64,000 bases of DNA from Octopus sinensis (Eukaryota), in the NCBI RefSeq assembly GCF_006345805.1, contig NC_043005.1, positions 15,748,001 to 15,812,000 on the forward strand, read 5' to 3'. This document shows, one piece after another, positions 1 to 14,477 of the stretch (position 1 is its first letter; each line of letters begins with the position of its first letter). Both the position numbers and the translations under genes were made by a program. The notes below the pieces were generated by a model. It worked only from the letters and a program-made list of their open reading frames with translations. It did not search any database and had not been told where the DNA came from.

Positions 1-66
<66 letters not shown>

Positions 67-120
67 ATCAATCTATCTATCTATCTGTCTGTCTGTCTAG
101 CTATTTACCTATTTATTTAT

Positions 121-196
<76 letters not shown>
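1..196. repeat. (TATC)n microsatellite
   Basis: Direct observation. Confidence 0.98.
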
Positions 197-829
197 ACAC
201 ACGTACACACACACACACTTATAGAGAGAAAGAATTAGAGCGAGAGAGAGAAGGGTGTAAGATAAGAAAGAAGAGCGGGAAAGACAGGGGAGAGAGAGAA
301 AAGAAAGGTATAAAAACGTGATATGTTACTTTCGTAACGCAAAGGATGCATAGACGTTGTGCTGGGAGTGACAAAGAAACAAAGAGCTAAAGGTAAAGGA
401 AAAAGAATGTTGCATGTTAAGCAACTAAAAATGGCGGAAATAATTAAGTGTTAGAGTGTGTGTGCGCGCGCGCGCGTGCGTTGCTATTTATTTAGAGAAA
501 TCGAGAAGAAAACTTGAGAACAAACGTTGACCTGTTCATTGGCAAAAGAAATATGTGGGGGAAGTTCAAAGTGGGGAGGACAGATAATAGGGTGTTTAAG
601 AAGATATATGGGACAATATTCTGTCAAATAATCATCAGTTGAGGAGACAGTGAAGTGGCCCCGTTCTACGTCATTGCTGCTGCTGCTGTTGTTGTTGTTG
701 TTGTTGTTGTTGAGTTTTAGGTTAACGCTAATTGAACTGAAGTATAATCAAAAGTAATTCAGCCGTGACCATCCTGTCGTTTTTTGGTGGGGGCACATCT
801 AGGATTACTTTATTCTTTAATTTATTTTT

Positions 830-1340
<511 letters not shown>

Positions 1341-1466
1341 ACTATATTTTTATCACGTTTTACAGTCTTTTACATCTCTTTCTCCCTATCCTTTATGCAA
1401 ATTCCACAGAAATTGTTTTCTGTCCTTGTGATGTCCCCCTCCTCTATTTCCCCTGTTGATAATAAA

Positions 1467-1619
1467 ATTGCTATTATTATTATTATTATTTATTATTAAT
1501 TATTATTATTATTATTATTATTTATTTATTACTATTACATTACTATTACTATTATTATTATTATTATTTTATTATTATATATTATTGTTATTGTTATTAT
1601 TATTATATTATTATTATTA

Positions 1620-1659
<40 letters not shown>

Positions 1660-1753
1660 ATTATTATTATTGGGTCGATAAATTAGGTACCAGATCTAAC
1701 CGACTAGCCCCCTCAACCCAAATTTCAGGCCTTATGCCTATAATAAAAAGGAT

Positions 1754-1800
<47 letters not shown>
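1467..1800. repeat. (TAT)n and (TAC)n microsatellites
   Basis: Direct observation. Confidence 0.95.
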
Positions 1801-2357
1801 TTGAGTGAGAGAGCAATGCATGGGATCAAAGTGACACTGGGGTAAAATATACGAAGCCCAGTATACCCATCATGACTACCCATTTGGTAAGGGTAAACCA
1901 GACACATGCACCACGACCTTATGTGCGCGACATGGTGATCTCATATCAAGCTAAACAGCGCATTACCTTGCAGGTGGGGCCCAGTTAGAAATTTCTTCAG
2001 GTCGAGAAGCCCATCTCGCTCAAAAAGTTCCTGAATAAGGGTTGTTTAAGGATGTTGAACAAAACACCCATGTTTTCAGAGGTGAATTATTCAAACCCCA
2101 AAGAATTCTTCTCAACACATGGCTATGATGCTCCCCCACTACTTCTGCTCGTGATCAGAGATGCACATATCGTCAGCCACTAAGGGACATGCTCAACTGG
2201 TTATGGTCAAACAACTGATAAGCAAATCTGTGGTATTGAGCAGAATATTTACAGTAGCCATTGGGTCGATAAATTAAGCACCAGTTGCGTACCGGGGTCG
2301 ATCTAATCGTCTATACCCCTCTCACAAAATTCAGGCCTTCTGCCTATAGAAGAAAGG

Positions 2358-2690
2358 ATTATTATTATTATTGTTATAATTCTTCTTCTTCTTCTTCTTC
2401 TTCTTCTTCTTCTTCTTCTTCTTCTTCTTCTTCTTCTTCTTCTTCTTCTTCTTCTTCTTCTTCTTCTTCTTCTTCTTCTTCGTCGTCGTTTTGCTGTTGT
2501 TGTGTTATTATTTTATTATTTTGTTTATTATTATTTTATTAGTATATTATTATTATTATTATTATGCTTTTAATTATTATTATTATTATATATTATTATT
2601 TATTATTATTTATTATTATTATTATTATTATTATATTATTATTATTATTATTTGTTATTATTATTATTATTATGTTTATTATTATTATTT
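2358..2690. repeat. (TCT)n and (TAT)n microsatellites
   Basis: Direct observation. Confidence 0.95.
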
Positions 2691-2693
2691 TAT

Positions 2694-2925
2694 GGCGGGG
2701 GTGGTGCTAGCAAGTATAGTTTGATACGCTGCCCGGATAAAATGTTTAGCTGCATTTCGACTCCGTCTTTACTTTCTGAGCTCAAATTTTGCCGAGGTCG
2801 TCTTTGCCTTCTATCCTTTCGGAGCCGATAAAATAAAAACCAATCAAGCACTGGGAGCGATGTAATCGCCTTATCCCCTTTTCCAAAATGCCAGGCTTTG
2901 TACCCTTAATAGAAACGATTATTAG
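2694..2925 (+). mobile_element. SINE family B (diverged)
   Basis: GAGCTCAAATT..GAGGTCGTCTTTGCCTT..CCTTTCGG motifs shared with 13911-14292. Confidence 0.7.
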
Positions 2926-2939
2926 GATTATTATTGATA

Positions 2940-3602
2940 TCAGTTTGGTCTACCACATTTTTTTTTTACTTTTGCATCCGTAATTTCAGAAAGCAATTTT
3001 GCCTTTGAGAGAATCTTTTTAAGTGATTTAGGTTGTTTGTAACTTTTAATGATTTTATGTATGTTTAGAATTTCTTTTAATTTGGGGTCCTTATGAAGTA
3101 TTGGTAAATTCTGGGTGATGATGGTGAAGGCTTCTTTGTACCTGGGGTTGTATGTGGATATGTAAGGCAGTATTTTCGGTGTGTTGCTATGTTGAACTTT
3201 TCTTAAAGTTTCTATGTCGATTTCTGTTGCACGTCTAATCCCATCCTCTATGAGTTGAACTGGGTAGTGTCTGTCAATTAGGGTGTTTTTGAGTTCTTGT
3301 AGTCTAAAGTTCCTGGTATTTTGTTCTGACACTATTGTGCATATCCTTCTTGCAAGGTTGAAAGGGATGTTTGTTTTAGTGTGTCTTGGGTGGCATGAAT
3401 AAAAAAGTAGGAATTGTTTGGTGTCTGTGGCTTTGTAAAAAAATGTCTGTTTCTATTTTAAGGTTAATTCTTTTAATCAGTATATCTAAGAATGGAAACT
3501 CCTTTTGGTTGTACTCCATTGTAAACTGTATATTTGGGTCGATGCTGTTCAATAGGTTTTTGAATTTAGGAGTTTATCTGTCTGTGTTTTTATTCCAGAG
3601 TA
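2940..3602 (-). mobile_element. Penelope-like element fragment (RT C-terminus and linker up to the first Cys before the GIY-YIG domain)
   Basis: LLNSIDPNIQFTME..FPFLDILI..TDIF(Y)KATDT..SCHPRH..NIPFNLARRI..RLQEL..YP..KQPKSLKKIL..CGRPN; frameshifts in homopolymers; abuts the gap. Confidence 0.85.
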
Positions 3603-3702
3603 NNNNNNNNNNNNNNNNNNNNNNNNNNNNNNNNNNNNNNNNNNNNNNNNNNNNNNNNNNNNNNNNNNNNNNNNNNNNNNNNNNNNNNNNNNNNNNNNNN
3701 NN
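3603..3702. other. Assembly gap (100 N)
   Basis: Run of N. Confidence 1.
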
Positions 3703-4129
3703 TCTTTCTTCTCGTCGTCGTCGTCTTCTTCTTCTTCTTCTTCTTCTTCTTCTTCTTCTTCTTCTTTCTTATTATATTATATTATTATTATTATAACTAA
3801 CAAATCTACCAATCTACGAGGGAGGCATAAAATGAGGGAGGGAAGCCATAACAGCAGTACGTATTGAGAAATGTGTAAAGGGACTTGATAGATTACTTGG
3901 CTGGTGTCTTTGAGAAATCCCATTATTATTAGTGATACAGCATTCTATTGCAGCTATATGACGTGTTTGCGACTAAGTGACATGTGATGACGATTCACTC
4001 CCGAGCTGAAATAGGTCCCCCCACCAGCCTCTGTATCATGAATGGTTATGTGGACCACTCCTAACGAAAACAAGAGCTTTCTTCGACCAATACATAAAAA
4101 GCATAAAGAAAAAAAAATGTTATTTTAGT

Positions 4130-4544
4130 TACTCTTTACTCTTTTACTTGTTTCAGTCATTTGACTGCGGCCATGCTGGAGCACCGCCTTTAATCGAGGA
4201 ACTCGACCCCGGGACTTGTTCTTTTGTAAAGCCCAGTACTTATTCTATCGGTCTCTTTTGCCGAACCGCTAAGTTACGGGGACATAAACACACCAGCATC
4301 GGTAATCAAGCAATGCTAGGGGGACAAACACAGACATACAAACACACACGCGCATATATATTTATATATATATACATATACGACGGGCTTCTTTCAGTTT
4401 CCGTCTACCAAATCCACTCACGAGGCTTTGGTCGGCCCGAGGCTATAGTAGAAGATACTTGCCCAAGGTGCCACGCAGTGGGACTGAACCCGGAACTATG
4501 TGGTTAGTAAACAAGCTACTTACCACACAGCCACTCCTGCACCT
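4130..4544 (-). mobile_element. SINE family A, full length
   Basis: Head GGAGTGGCTGTGTGG..GGTTCAGTCCC, tail GAAACAAGTAAAAGAGT; about 10 copies in the window. Confidence 0.88.
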
Positions 4545-5367
4545 ATGTTACGATTGTTTATACTCCTATACGTTCAAAGCTCACAAATTTCCTTATTTAA
4601 ATTATGAATCATATTCTTTTCGATAATATCAGTATGATTGCAAAACTTCTTTGTAGACGATATTTTCTGTTTGGTCGACACTAATTTTCAAATTATGATG
4701 CTCCCCAACTACTTCTGCTCGTGATCAGAGACGCACATATCGTTGCTCTACTCATAGCGACGTATAATTGGCCGTGTGGAAACACTATCTAAAGCTTGCC
4801 CCTGTGCCTTCTTTGATGTGAATGCGTGAGCGGAGTCTTTAGGAATCTACCCGTCTACGATGGGAAATAAAGGGATAGTATCGCAAATCTAAACCCTCTA
4901 AATTCACGAACTCTACGATGGGGTAGTGTTGGGGGCGGCGGCGGAATCCAGAGTCGCAGGAATTTTAACGAAGAAAAAATGAAAGATGATTTATTAATGC
5001 AAAACTCAATATTGGTAATTGGTCATACACCGATTTAAGATGAGCCAAAGCCATCACAGTCATTCCTTAATAAAGCTGTCCTAAACTAAAACTTACGTAT
5101 ATGGCATAATTCAGTGAAGTAAGTTGACTTACTTCCCTTCGCTTCTTTTATTAGTTATCTCCCCCTTAATTTTTACTTACTTTTTTTAAACCCCGTAATT
5201 TTTATTCACTTTTTCTTAACGTCCGTAAACTGAACAATTACCCGAAACATCCACTCAATAATCATACTTTTTCACGTTTTTTTTCTCTCTAAAAACCTGT
5301 CTGATTACTACCTTCGTAATCTTGAAAAACACCATGAGAGCCACTACCTGGTACTGCATCAGGGCAT

Positions 5368-5424
5368 ATCATCATCATCATCATCATCATCATCACCATC
5401 ACCATCACCACCACCACCAGCACC

Positions 5425-5455
<31 letters not shown>

Positions 5456-5532
5456 CCACCACCACCACCACCACCATCACCACCACCATCATCATCATCA
5501 TCATCACCATCATTCACCACCACCACCAACCA

Positions 5533-5566
<34 letters not shown>

Positions 5567-5651
5567 CCATCACCACCACCACCACCACCATCATCATCAT
5601 GATCATCATGATCATCACCACATTCACCTCATCACCACCACCACCACCATC

Positions 5652-5682
<31 letters not shown>

Positions 5683-5701
5683 ATCATCACACCACCACCA
5701 C

Positions 5702-5775
<74 letters not shown>
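5368..5775. repeat. (CAT/CAC)n then (GAT)n compound microsatellite
   Basis: Direct observation. Confidence 0.97.
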
Positions 5776-6266
5776 CTTTCATGAGCTGTGACAGTTCTAA
5801 TTCTTTGCGGTCCAGTCTCGACCTTGACACACGCTCTTCGGCATCAGAACCAGCCAACCAACTATTGTCTTGCAAACACACTCGAAAGCCGCATTGCATA
5901 GCCCTTCTCACGGCCTGATTCTGCACGATTATATAAATGACATATTCTGCCATTTTAGAATTTTCTCGCCAGCAAATTATACACATGCTTTGGTGGCTAA
6001 TTTCTCACAATTGTTCACTTTACACATGCCTGGTTTTGAACCACCCAACAGTTCTTTATAGAACTAACTACCAGCAGAAGTTAAGTTCCGGAGCTCGAGA
6101 TACAGCTTCACCGTTATCTCTCAAGAGCCAGATGTACGATGCTTTTCAATAATAGCCAATCTCCCTGGTTCAGTTCATTTCGACTTACGTAACTCATGAT
6201 TTATTATCACACTTTGACAACGAACCAAACAGATTATTCTTCTTACCAGCTCAAAATCAATATTAG

Positions 6267-6799
6267 CATACATACATAAATACATGCATACACACATTAA
6301 TACATACATACACACACACACATACGTATGTACGTACCTACCTACATACATATATATACATACATACATACATACATACATACATACATACATACATACA
6401 TACATACATACATACATACATACATACATACATACATAGATACATGCATACATAGATACATGCATACATACATACATACACACATACATAATCATACATA
6501 CATACATACATACATACATACATACACACATACATACATACAACCTACATACATTACAGACATTACATAAATAGATACATACATACATACACACATACAT
6601 ACATACCACATACATAAATACACACATACATACACACATACATACATACACACACATACATAATACATAAATAGATGATTCATACATCCATACATATATA
6701 CATACACACACATACATATGTACGTACGTACATACATACATACATAGATACATGCATACATAGATACATGCATACATACATACTTACACACACATACAC

Positions 6800-6831
<32 letters not shown>

Positions 6832-7225
6832 GCATACATACATACATACACACACACACATACATACATACATACATACATACACACATACATACATACA
6901 CACATACATACATACATACCTACATACATACATACATACATACATACATACATACACACATACATACATACACACATACATACATACATACATACATACA
7001 TACATACATACATACATACATACATAAATATATACATACATACATACACACACGCATACATGCATAAATATATACATACATACATACACACACACCTACA
7101 TACAAACGTACGTACGCACATACATACATACATACATACACACATACATACATACACACATACTTACATACATACATACACACACACACACACAAACATG
7201 CGTACATACATGGTTACGTATGTAT
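6267..7225. repeat. (TACA)n array, about 950 bp
   Basis: Direct observation. Confidence 0.97.
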
Positions 7226-7241
7226 CGATGTTTATATAAAA

Positions 7242-7630
7242 CTAGCAGTATCGCCCGGCGTTGCTCAGGTTTGTAAGGGAAATAACTATAAAGCATTTTT
7301 AGAGAGTTATAGCCAAAAAATAGCAAAAAAAAGGAAAAAAAATGATGGTAAATTTTTTTTTTGAGAGTAATAAAAGGTTGAGTTGCGTCCCCTAGACAGT
7401 CTGTGGTTTGTTTTTTTTTATTCTCGACCCATGTCGAATTTATCGATTTTTTTCAGAACTGGGGGAACTTTTCAAAATTTTCGCTGCGTTAGTTTTGAAT
7501 TATGACATTGCGGCTATGTGTGTGTCAAGTTTCATCAGAATCGGTGAAAGCCGTGGTCAGGGTGAGGGTACGAGAAAACAGACACACAGAAAACACGCAC
7601 AGACAAAACTGCCGTTTATATAGAGAGAGA
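7242..7630 (-). mobile_element. Non-autonomous Helitron (Lep1-like architecture)
   Basis: On the minus strand: 5' TC, subterminal CGCCGGGCG hairpin, 3' CTAG, inserted between A and T. Confidence 0.75.
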
Positions 7631-8019
7631 TATTGATTTTTCAACCGGTGATATCTTTCTGTGAGTGAACTATGTCTGTTCTTTCATGATATGCCTCACA
7701 CGCGCACATACCTACGTGCGCGCACAATATATATATAATATATATATATATATAATATATATTATATATATATATATACAAATATAGATGTATACACACA
7801 AATCTATTCATGTGTGTATGCTATGCGTACATGTTTGATCAAGTATCAGAAAAAAAAGAAGGACTCAATATCTAATAAATAAATAAATAAATAAATATAA
7901 GCCTTTCAATGCCCAAATTTGACCATATTAGCATTTCGTATTTCTATTTATTTTCCAATCAACAATCAATAACTTTTTTTTATATACTGTACAATACATT
8001 ATAGCTTAATATATATATA

Positions 8020-8423
8020 CTAGCAGTATCGCCCGGCGTTGCTCGGGTTTGTAAGGGAAATAACTATATAAGCATTTTTAGAGATGTAAAGTATAATAGC
8101 CATCTCAATATGGCTAACCACAAAGGGGGGTGGGGTGTTACTGTTGCTTTTTACGTTCTGAGATTTAATAATACATTTTTAGAGAGTTACTTCCTTATAT
8201 AATAGCAAAAAACATGGATTAAAAATGGGAAAAAAATGATGGTAATTTTTTTTTTAAATCGTAGACTCATCGTAGACGCGCGTTAATACCCAGAAGGGCT
8301 CGATATGAATCACGACTATAAGATACCCGGTTTTGGTTAAACTGCATCGCAAAATGTGGGAGTAGTTAGGAATCTAAATCGTAGGAGACAGACAGCACAC
8401 AACCTCACTTTTATATATAAAGA
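8020..8423 (-). mobile_element. Non-autonomous Helitron
   Basis: TC...CTAG termini at an AT site; same 3' end as 7242-7630; near-identical to 42069-42462. Confidence 0.8.
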
Positions 8424-8621
8424 TTACGTTATGCATGTATGTATGTATATATATACGTGTGTGTATAGATGTATATATATATGTAGGTGTGTGTCTGTGT
8501 TTGTCCCCCCCAACATCGCTTGACAACCGATGCAAAAGTCACCGATAGAATAAGTATTATGTTATATAGTATTTTCTTTCAAATTTTGTATCGGTAATTG
8601 TAATCTTTTTCAAATTTCAAT

Positions 8622-8846
8622 TTACTCTCTTTTACTTGTTTCAGTCATTTGACTGCGGCCATGCTGGAGCACCGCCTTTAGTCGCGCAAATCGACCCCAG
8701 GACTTATTCTTTGGAAGCCTAGTACTTATTCTATCGATGACTTTTGCATCGGTTGTCAAGCGATGTTGGGGGGACAAACACAGACACACACCTACATATA
8801 TATATACATATATACACACACGTATATTACATACATACATATACAT

Positions 8847-8899
<53 letters not shown>

Positions 8900-9080
8900 T
8901 ATATATATATATATTCACGACGGCTTCTTTCAGTTTCCGTCTACCAAATCCACTCACAAGGCTTTTGGTCGGCCCGAAGCTATAGTGGAAGACACTTGCT
9001 CAAGGTGCTACGCAGTGGGAATGAACCCGGACCCATGTGCTTGGTAAGCAAGCCACTTACCACAGTGCCATTCCTGCGCC
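8622..9080 (-). mobile_element. SINE family A with a roughly 36-bp internal deletion
   Basis: Compared with 4130-4544. Confidence 0.85.
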
Positions 9081-9338
9081 TGATATCTTACAATATATTT
9101 TGTACGCCTCAGTCTTTTATCAGCTTCTCAGGCATTTCCCACGTATTTAAATATTTGTTCTAACAAAAGCAAAAGCAAAAAAAAAACCAAAAAAAATTAA
9201 AAAACATCTCAAAACGCGTACGCGCGCGCCCCACACACACACGCACACATGCACGCACGCACGCTCGTACGCACGCACGAACGCACAGTGCTACTATGAT
9301 AATCGGAACGAATAAAAATCTATAACCTCGGTATTCGC

Positions 9339-9711
9339 GGCACTCCGTCGCTTGCGACGACGAGGGTTTCCAGTTGATCCGAATCAACAGAACAGCCTGC
9401 TCGTGAAATTAACGTGCAAGTGGCTGAGCACTCCACAGACACATGTACCCTTAACATAGTTCTCGGGCAGATTCAGCGTGACAGAGAGTGTGTCAAGGTT
9501 GGTCCCTTTGAAATACAGGTACAACAGAAACAGGAAGAAAGAGTGAGAGAAAATTGTGGTGTAAGAATACAGCAGGGTTCAGCCCCCCCCCCCTGCCGGA
9601 GCCTCTGGAGCATTAGATGTTTTCGCTCAAAAAACACTCACAACGCCCGGTCTGGGAATCGAAATCGCAATCCTACGACCGCTGCCTTAACTACTGGGCC
9701 ATTGCGCCTCC
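9339..9711 (-). mobile_element. SINE family C (tRNA-Arg-like head)
   Basis: GGAGGCGCAATGGCCCAGTAGTTAAGGCAGCGG head; matches 46930-47314. Confidence 0.85.
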
Positions 9712-10064
9712 ACAACCTGGGTATAAGAGATATAGATTTCTCATCAGTGGTCCATAGATGTTTACTGTTTCCCCCCAACTTATGAAGACATTCACTTCAC
9801 ATCTACTGTGAAGTTGTTCTCCATAACGGTGCACAAATTGTGCTCCCTGTCTCATAAAACTATGTTTGTCTGCATGCCAGCCTGCCAGCTTTTCTATCAG
9901 CTTGCCTGTCTGCTTGCCCGCCTGCCTGTCTGTCTGTCTGTCTATCTGTCTGTCGGTCTGTCTATGTGACTACTTATGCACCAAGTTGAGTTAAAAGTCA
10001 AAAGTTTTTTTTCGAATTTCAAGCTTTAATTAATAGATCAAGCAAATTACATATGAAAAGCGTT

Positions 10065-10586
10065 TATTAATCAGATTGTATCCCATCATATTCTATTGTC
10101 TGTTGCCATTGTTGTACCAGAAGCTCAATTCCATGCTTATACTATTTGGTTGGTTTCGAGGCAAAGAACTTCCTGCATCATTTTCAACCACATCTACATC
10201 GTTGAACCTCCATCCATGCAGGTAATGGACCGTGGCTCGGAAAAGGTGGTAAAATGATGGCGTGAAGTCTGGACTCTCGGCAAGGTGATGCAGCACTTCC
10301 AGCTTCCTCAAGCTTACACTTGGCCACTTTGTGTGTGTCTTCGATTGACCAGTATCAGGTAGCGAGCTTTCAAAGTATCATTTATTCGCTGCAGTTGTTG
10401 AGTATAGAAATTAGCGTTCACATCATGACCATTTCGGACAAGTTCAAAGTGCAACATCCTCTTAAAGTTCCATCAATCGTACAACACGATCTCCTGTTCG
10501 AACCGCCCTTGCTTGACAACAGGTTCCGAAGCTTTGCCAGAACGAAGCCACTGATTTCTTTTATTAAGATTACGGAAAAAAGAACG
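10065..10586 (-). mobile_element. Mariner transposase 3' fragment
   Basis: QWLRSG..HFELV..VNA.FY.QQL and SPDFTPSFYHLFR remnants; cut at 10587 by a Helitron fragment. Confidence 0.75.
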
Positions 10587-10734
10587 TAAATCTCAGAACG
10601 TAAAAAGCTACAGTAACACCCCCCCCCCCTTTGTGGTTAGCCATATTGAGATGGCTATTATACTTTACATCTCTAAAAATGCTTATATAGTTATTTCCCT
10701 TACAAACCCGAGCAACGCCGGGCGATACTGCTAG
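10587..10734 (+). mobile_element. Helitron 3' fragment
   Basis: Reverse complement of about 8020-8170; ends CTAG|T. Confidence 0.75.
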
Positions 10735-11084
10735 TATAAAATAAAGAATAAATCCAGTAACGATTGGACAAGTCGTATTAAATTAATGATACAACATGGA
10801 GGTATAAGTTCTTAAACATCATCAGCGAAAATCCAAAAAAAGCTTTTGATTCAATCTGGTATTTAAGTTTCCTCCGCGCCTGGGTTCCTTCTTCAAAGGT
10901 TTTATTCGATAATATTGCTCTCAATACTTTTTACCGCGTGATATTTTTTGATATCTGTTTGTTGATTGACTGGCAAAGTTATGGGGCATAAAGAGGCACA
11001 GAACCACACCCATATGTAGATATATGTGTGTATACATCTGTCTTCCTGCCTGCCTGCCTGCCTGCCTCGCTCTCTCTCCCTCCG

Positions 11085-11845
<761 letters not shown>

Positions 11846-13074
11846 GGCCCGGTTGAGTTGCTCGGGGTCTGGTTTGGTCCGGACCTCCAAGTGGAGAAGA
11901 ACTGGAACGAGATAACGAGTAGGGTGGTCACTCTCGCTCGGCAATGGGCCGAGAGGAAACTGTCCCTAAAAGGTCGAGCGGAGGTGGCGAACACGTACAT
12001 CGCGTCCGTCATCTACTACCGCCTGACCGTCGTACCTTGTCCCGACCCTACCATCACCAAACTACAACGCATCCTCTTTCGCTTCTTGTGGAAAGGATGC
12101 GTCCCGATGGTCAGGCGATCCATTTGCTGTCAACACCCGTTAAAAGGAGGGCTGGGCATGCCGTGGTTGATGATGCGCAGACACGCGCTGAGACTGCGAC
12201 ATCTCTGGCTCTATGTAGACGACGGTGAACAGGTGTGGTCGCCGTTTGTGAGGCACGCTTTCCCGCAGCTCGTCTCCATGAACGAACTGCAGTCGTGGAT
12301 CAAAAAGAGGCCGAGGAAGGGCGAATGGCACCGCGAGTTGTCGCGTTGCTCTCAAGCAACTATGCCGTCCTGGGTCGACCTTAAGTGACTTCAACACAAC
12401 CAAAGCATTCTATAGGGGTTAGTGGAGGGGAGGTACGACGACGAGCTCGGGGCGAAACCTGGACGTCGACGAGGAGTACCTGACCCGCCTGTTCGGGACG
12501 ACTTCGGGCCAGGGCCCATGGACAACTTCCAGAGATCCCTGGCCTGGCAGTGCTACCGAGAAGCGCTACCCGTTCGGGATAAGCTCTACAGACACGGCTC
12601 GAGAAACACGGGGCCGACCTGCCCGAGATGCGGTCAGAGCGACGAAAACCGTCTGCACGCACTCGTTCAGTGTCCAACAATTTCCGACCTGTGGGCTTAT
12701 GTCGAACAACTGCTGTCACGTGTGGGACGAGTCGGTTTATCAGCTGAGTCTATCGTCAATATTGTCACGCCTCCTTCCTTCAAACGGGAAGGAAGAGCTA
12801 TTTTCATCATCCTTGTGGCTATGGCGAAAGAATGTATCTGGTGGACGCGTCTGAAAGGATTGGAGACAAACACTTTCTCTCTGGTCAATCTCTCATCAAC
12901 TTCTTCAAGTACCACTTGAAAAGGAAAGTGAGAGTAGAGAGGCAAGTTTTGTCTAGCGAATGTTTTAAAAAAAGATGGGTGATGAATGTAGCAAGAATGG
13001 CACGTATGAATGACGAAGCCACCTTGAGCATAGTCCTATGAACCCAGAAATCGAAAACAGAGAGTTGCTTATTT

Positions 13075-13108
<34 letters not shown>

Positions 13109-13263
13109 AATATAAAATGTGACTTCATTGACCGAGGTTACCGTGGTCTTTTCCGCAGGCTGTTCTTTCCACGGGTAAACCTCACCTGTCCTCCCCTTTA
13201 CACTTCATATTGACATTTCTGTGATACGATCCCTATTGATCATTTTTTTTCCTCTCCCCCCTA

Positions 13264-13295
<32 letters not shown>

Positions 13296-13458
13296 CCCCT
13301 TATTTTTGTCCTCTTCTCTCCTTTTACGATCCCTTTGATCGAACCTCCCCCTTCCTTTTTTTTTTTTTTTTTTTTTTTTTAATACCTTCAAAAAGAAAAA
13401 GCTCTACCTTTAATTTGTTCTATCTGTGTGCAGCCCTGTGTGGCTAATAAAGAAACAT
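11846..13458 (+). mobile_element. 5'-truncated L1/Tx1-clade LINE (ORF2 post-RT region, CCHC-type zinc knuckle, 3' UTR)
   Basis: LLGVWFG..LSLKGRA..GGLGMP..LPVRDKLYR..CPRCGQSDE..HALVQC; several frameshifts; ORF stop at 13041; A/T-run 3' UTR ending GTGTGGCTAATAAAGAAA; (TATC)n on both sides. Confidence 0.88.
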
Positions 13459-13561
13459 ATCCTATCTATCTATCTATCTATTTGTTTATCTATCTATCTA
13501 TCTATTTGTTTATCTATCTATCTACTATCTATCTATCTAATCTATCTATCTATCTTCTATC

Positions 13562-13677
13562 TCGTCCCTTTTGATCGCAATCTTACATTTTTTATTTTTT
13601 TCCACCCTCGAAAAGAAAAGCTCTGCATTTGTATTTGTCCCCTCTGTATTCAGCCCTGTGTGGCTAATAAAAGAAAG

Positions 13678-13680
<3 letters not shown>
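13562..13680 (+). mobile_element. Second, short 3'-end fragment of a related LINE
   Basis: Shares AAAAGAAAAGCTCT..CAGCCCTGTGTGGCTAATAAA with about 13390-13455 but is diverged; flanked by TATC repeats. Confidence 0.65.
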
Positions 13681-13732
<52 letters not shown>

Positions 13733-13910
13733 GTGATTTACATGAAACGTAAAGATAATATGGATATTATTACATACCTTTTACTAGCGTATTTATTAAC
13801 ACATTCCAACATAGAATTTGTCATGAATTAACATGCACGATTATATAACATTATGTAATAATGTGTTTATGCAACATTGCCACATCTTCAGGTAATATTC
13901 CATCTGTATT

Positions 13911-14292
13911 GGCAGCGAACTGGCAGAAACGTTAGCACGACGGGCGAAATGCTTAGCGGTATTTCGTCTGTCTTTACGTTTTGAGTTCAAATTCTGCCCA
14001 GGTCGACTTTGCCTTTCATCCTTTCGGGGTCGATAAATTAAGTACCAGTTACGCACTGGGGTCGATGTTTGTCTGTCCTTGTTTGTCCACTTTGTGTTTA
14101 GCCCCTTGTGGGTAGTAAAGAAATAAGTATTTCGTCTGCCGCCACGTTCTGAGTTCAAATTCTGCCGAGGTCGACTTTGCCTTTCATCCTTTCGGGGTCG
14201 ATAAATTAAGTACCAGTTACGTACTGGGGTCGGTCTAATCGACTGAGTCCCTCCCCCAAAATTTCAGGCCATTGTGCCTAGAGTAGAAAACT
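13911..14292 (+). mobile_element. SINE family B, dimeric
   Basis: Head GGCAGCGAACTGGCAGAAACG, B-box GAGTTCAAATTC; second unit starts about 14128. Confidence 0.85.
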
Positions 14293-14477
14293 ATATTCTA
14301 CTTCCTGAGGGAAGCATAAACTTTACCTTCCATGCCAAATTACTGAATGAGTGCTGTGCTATAGTAAGGGAAATAACTTTGTTGACTTATATTTTGAATC
14401 AAGTAGGCTTGTGAGAGTTACTTAACTTCTTTGTCACACAAACTAGCATATGGATTAATTTACTCTTTTTCTCTTTT

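Noticed and set aside
5322-5918. 198-aa poly-His/poly-Met ORF
   Set aside because: Produced by CAT/CAC/GAT microsatellites; weak start and no recognisable domain.
6175-7326. Stack of YVCM/HTYI ORFs (also 29301-29971 and 36798-37754)
   Set aside because: Stop-free translations of TACA/TA repeats.
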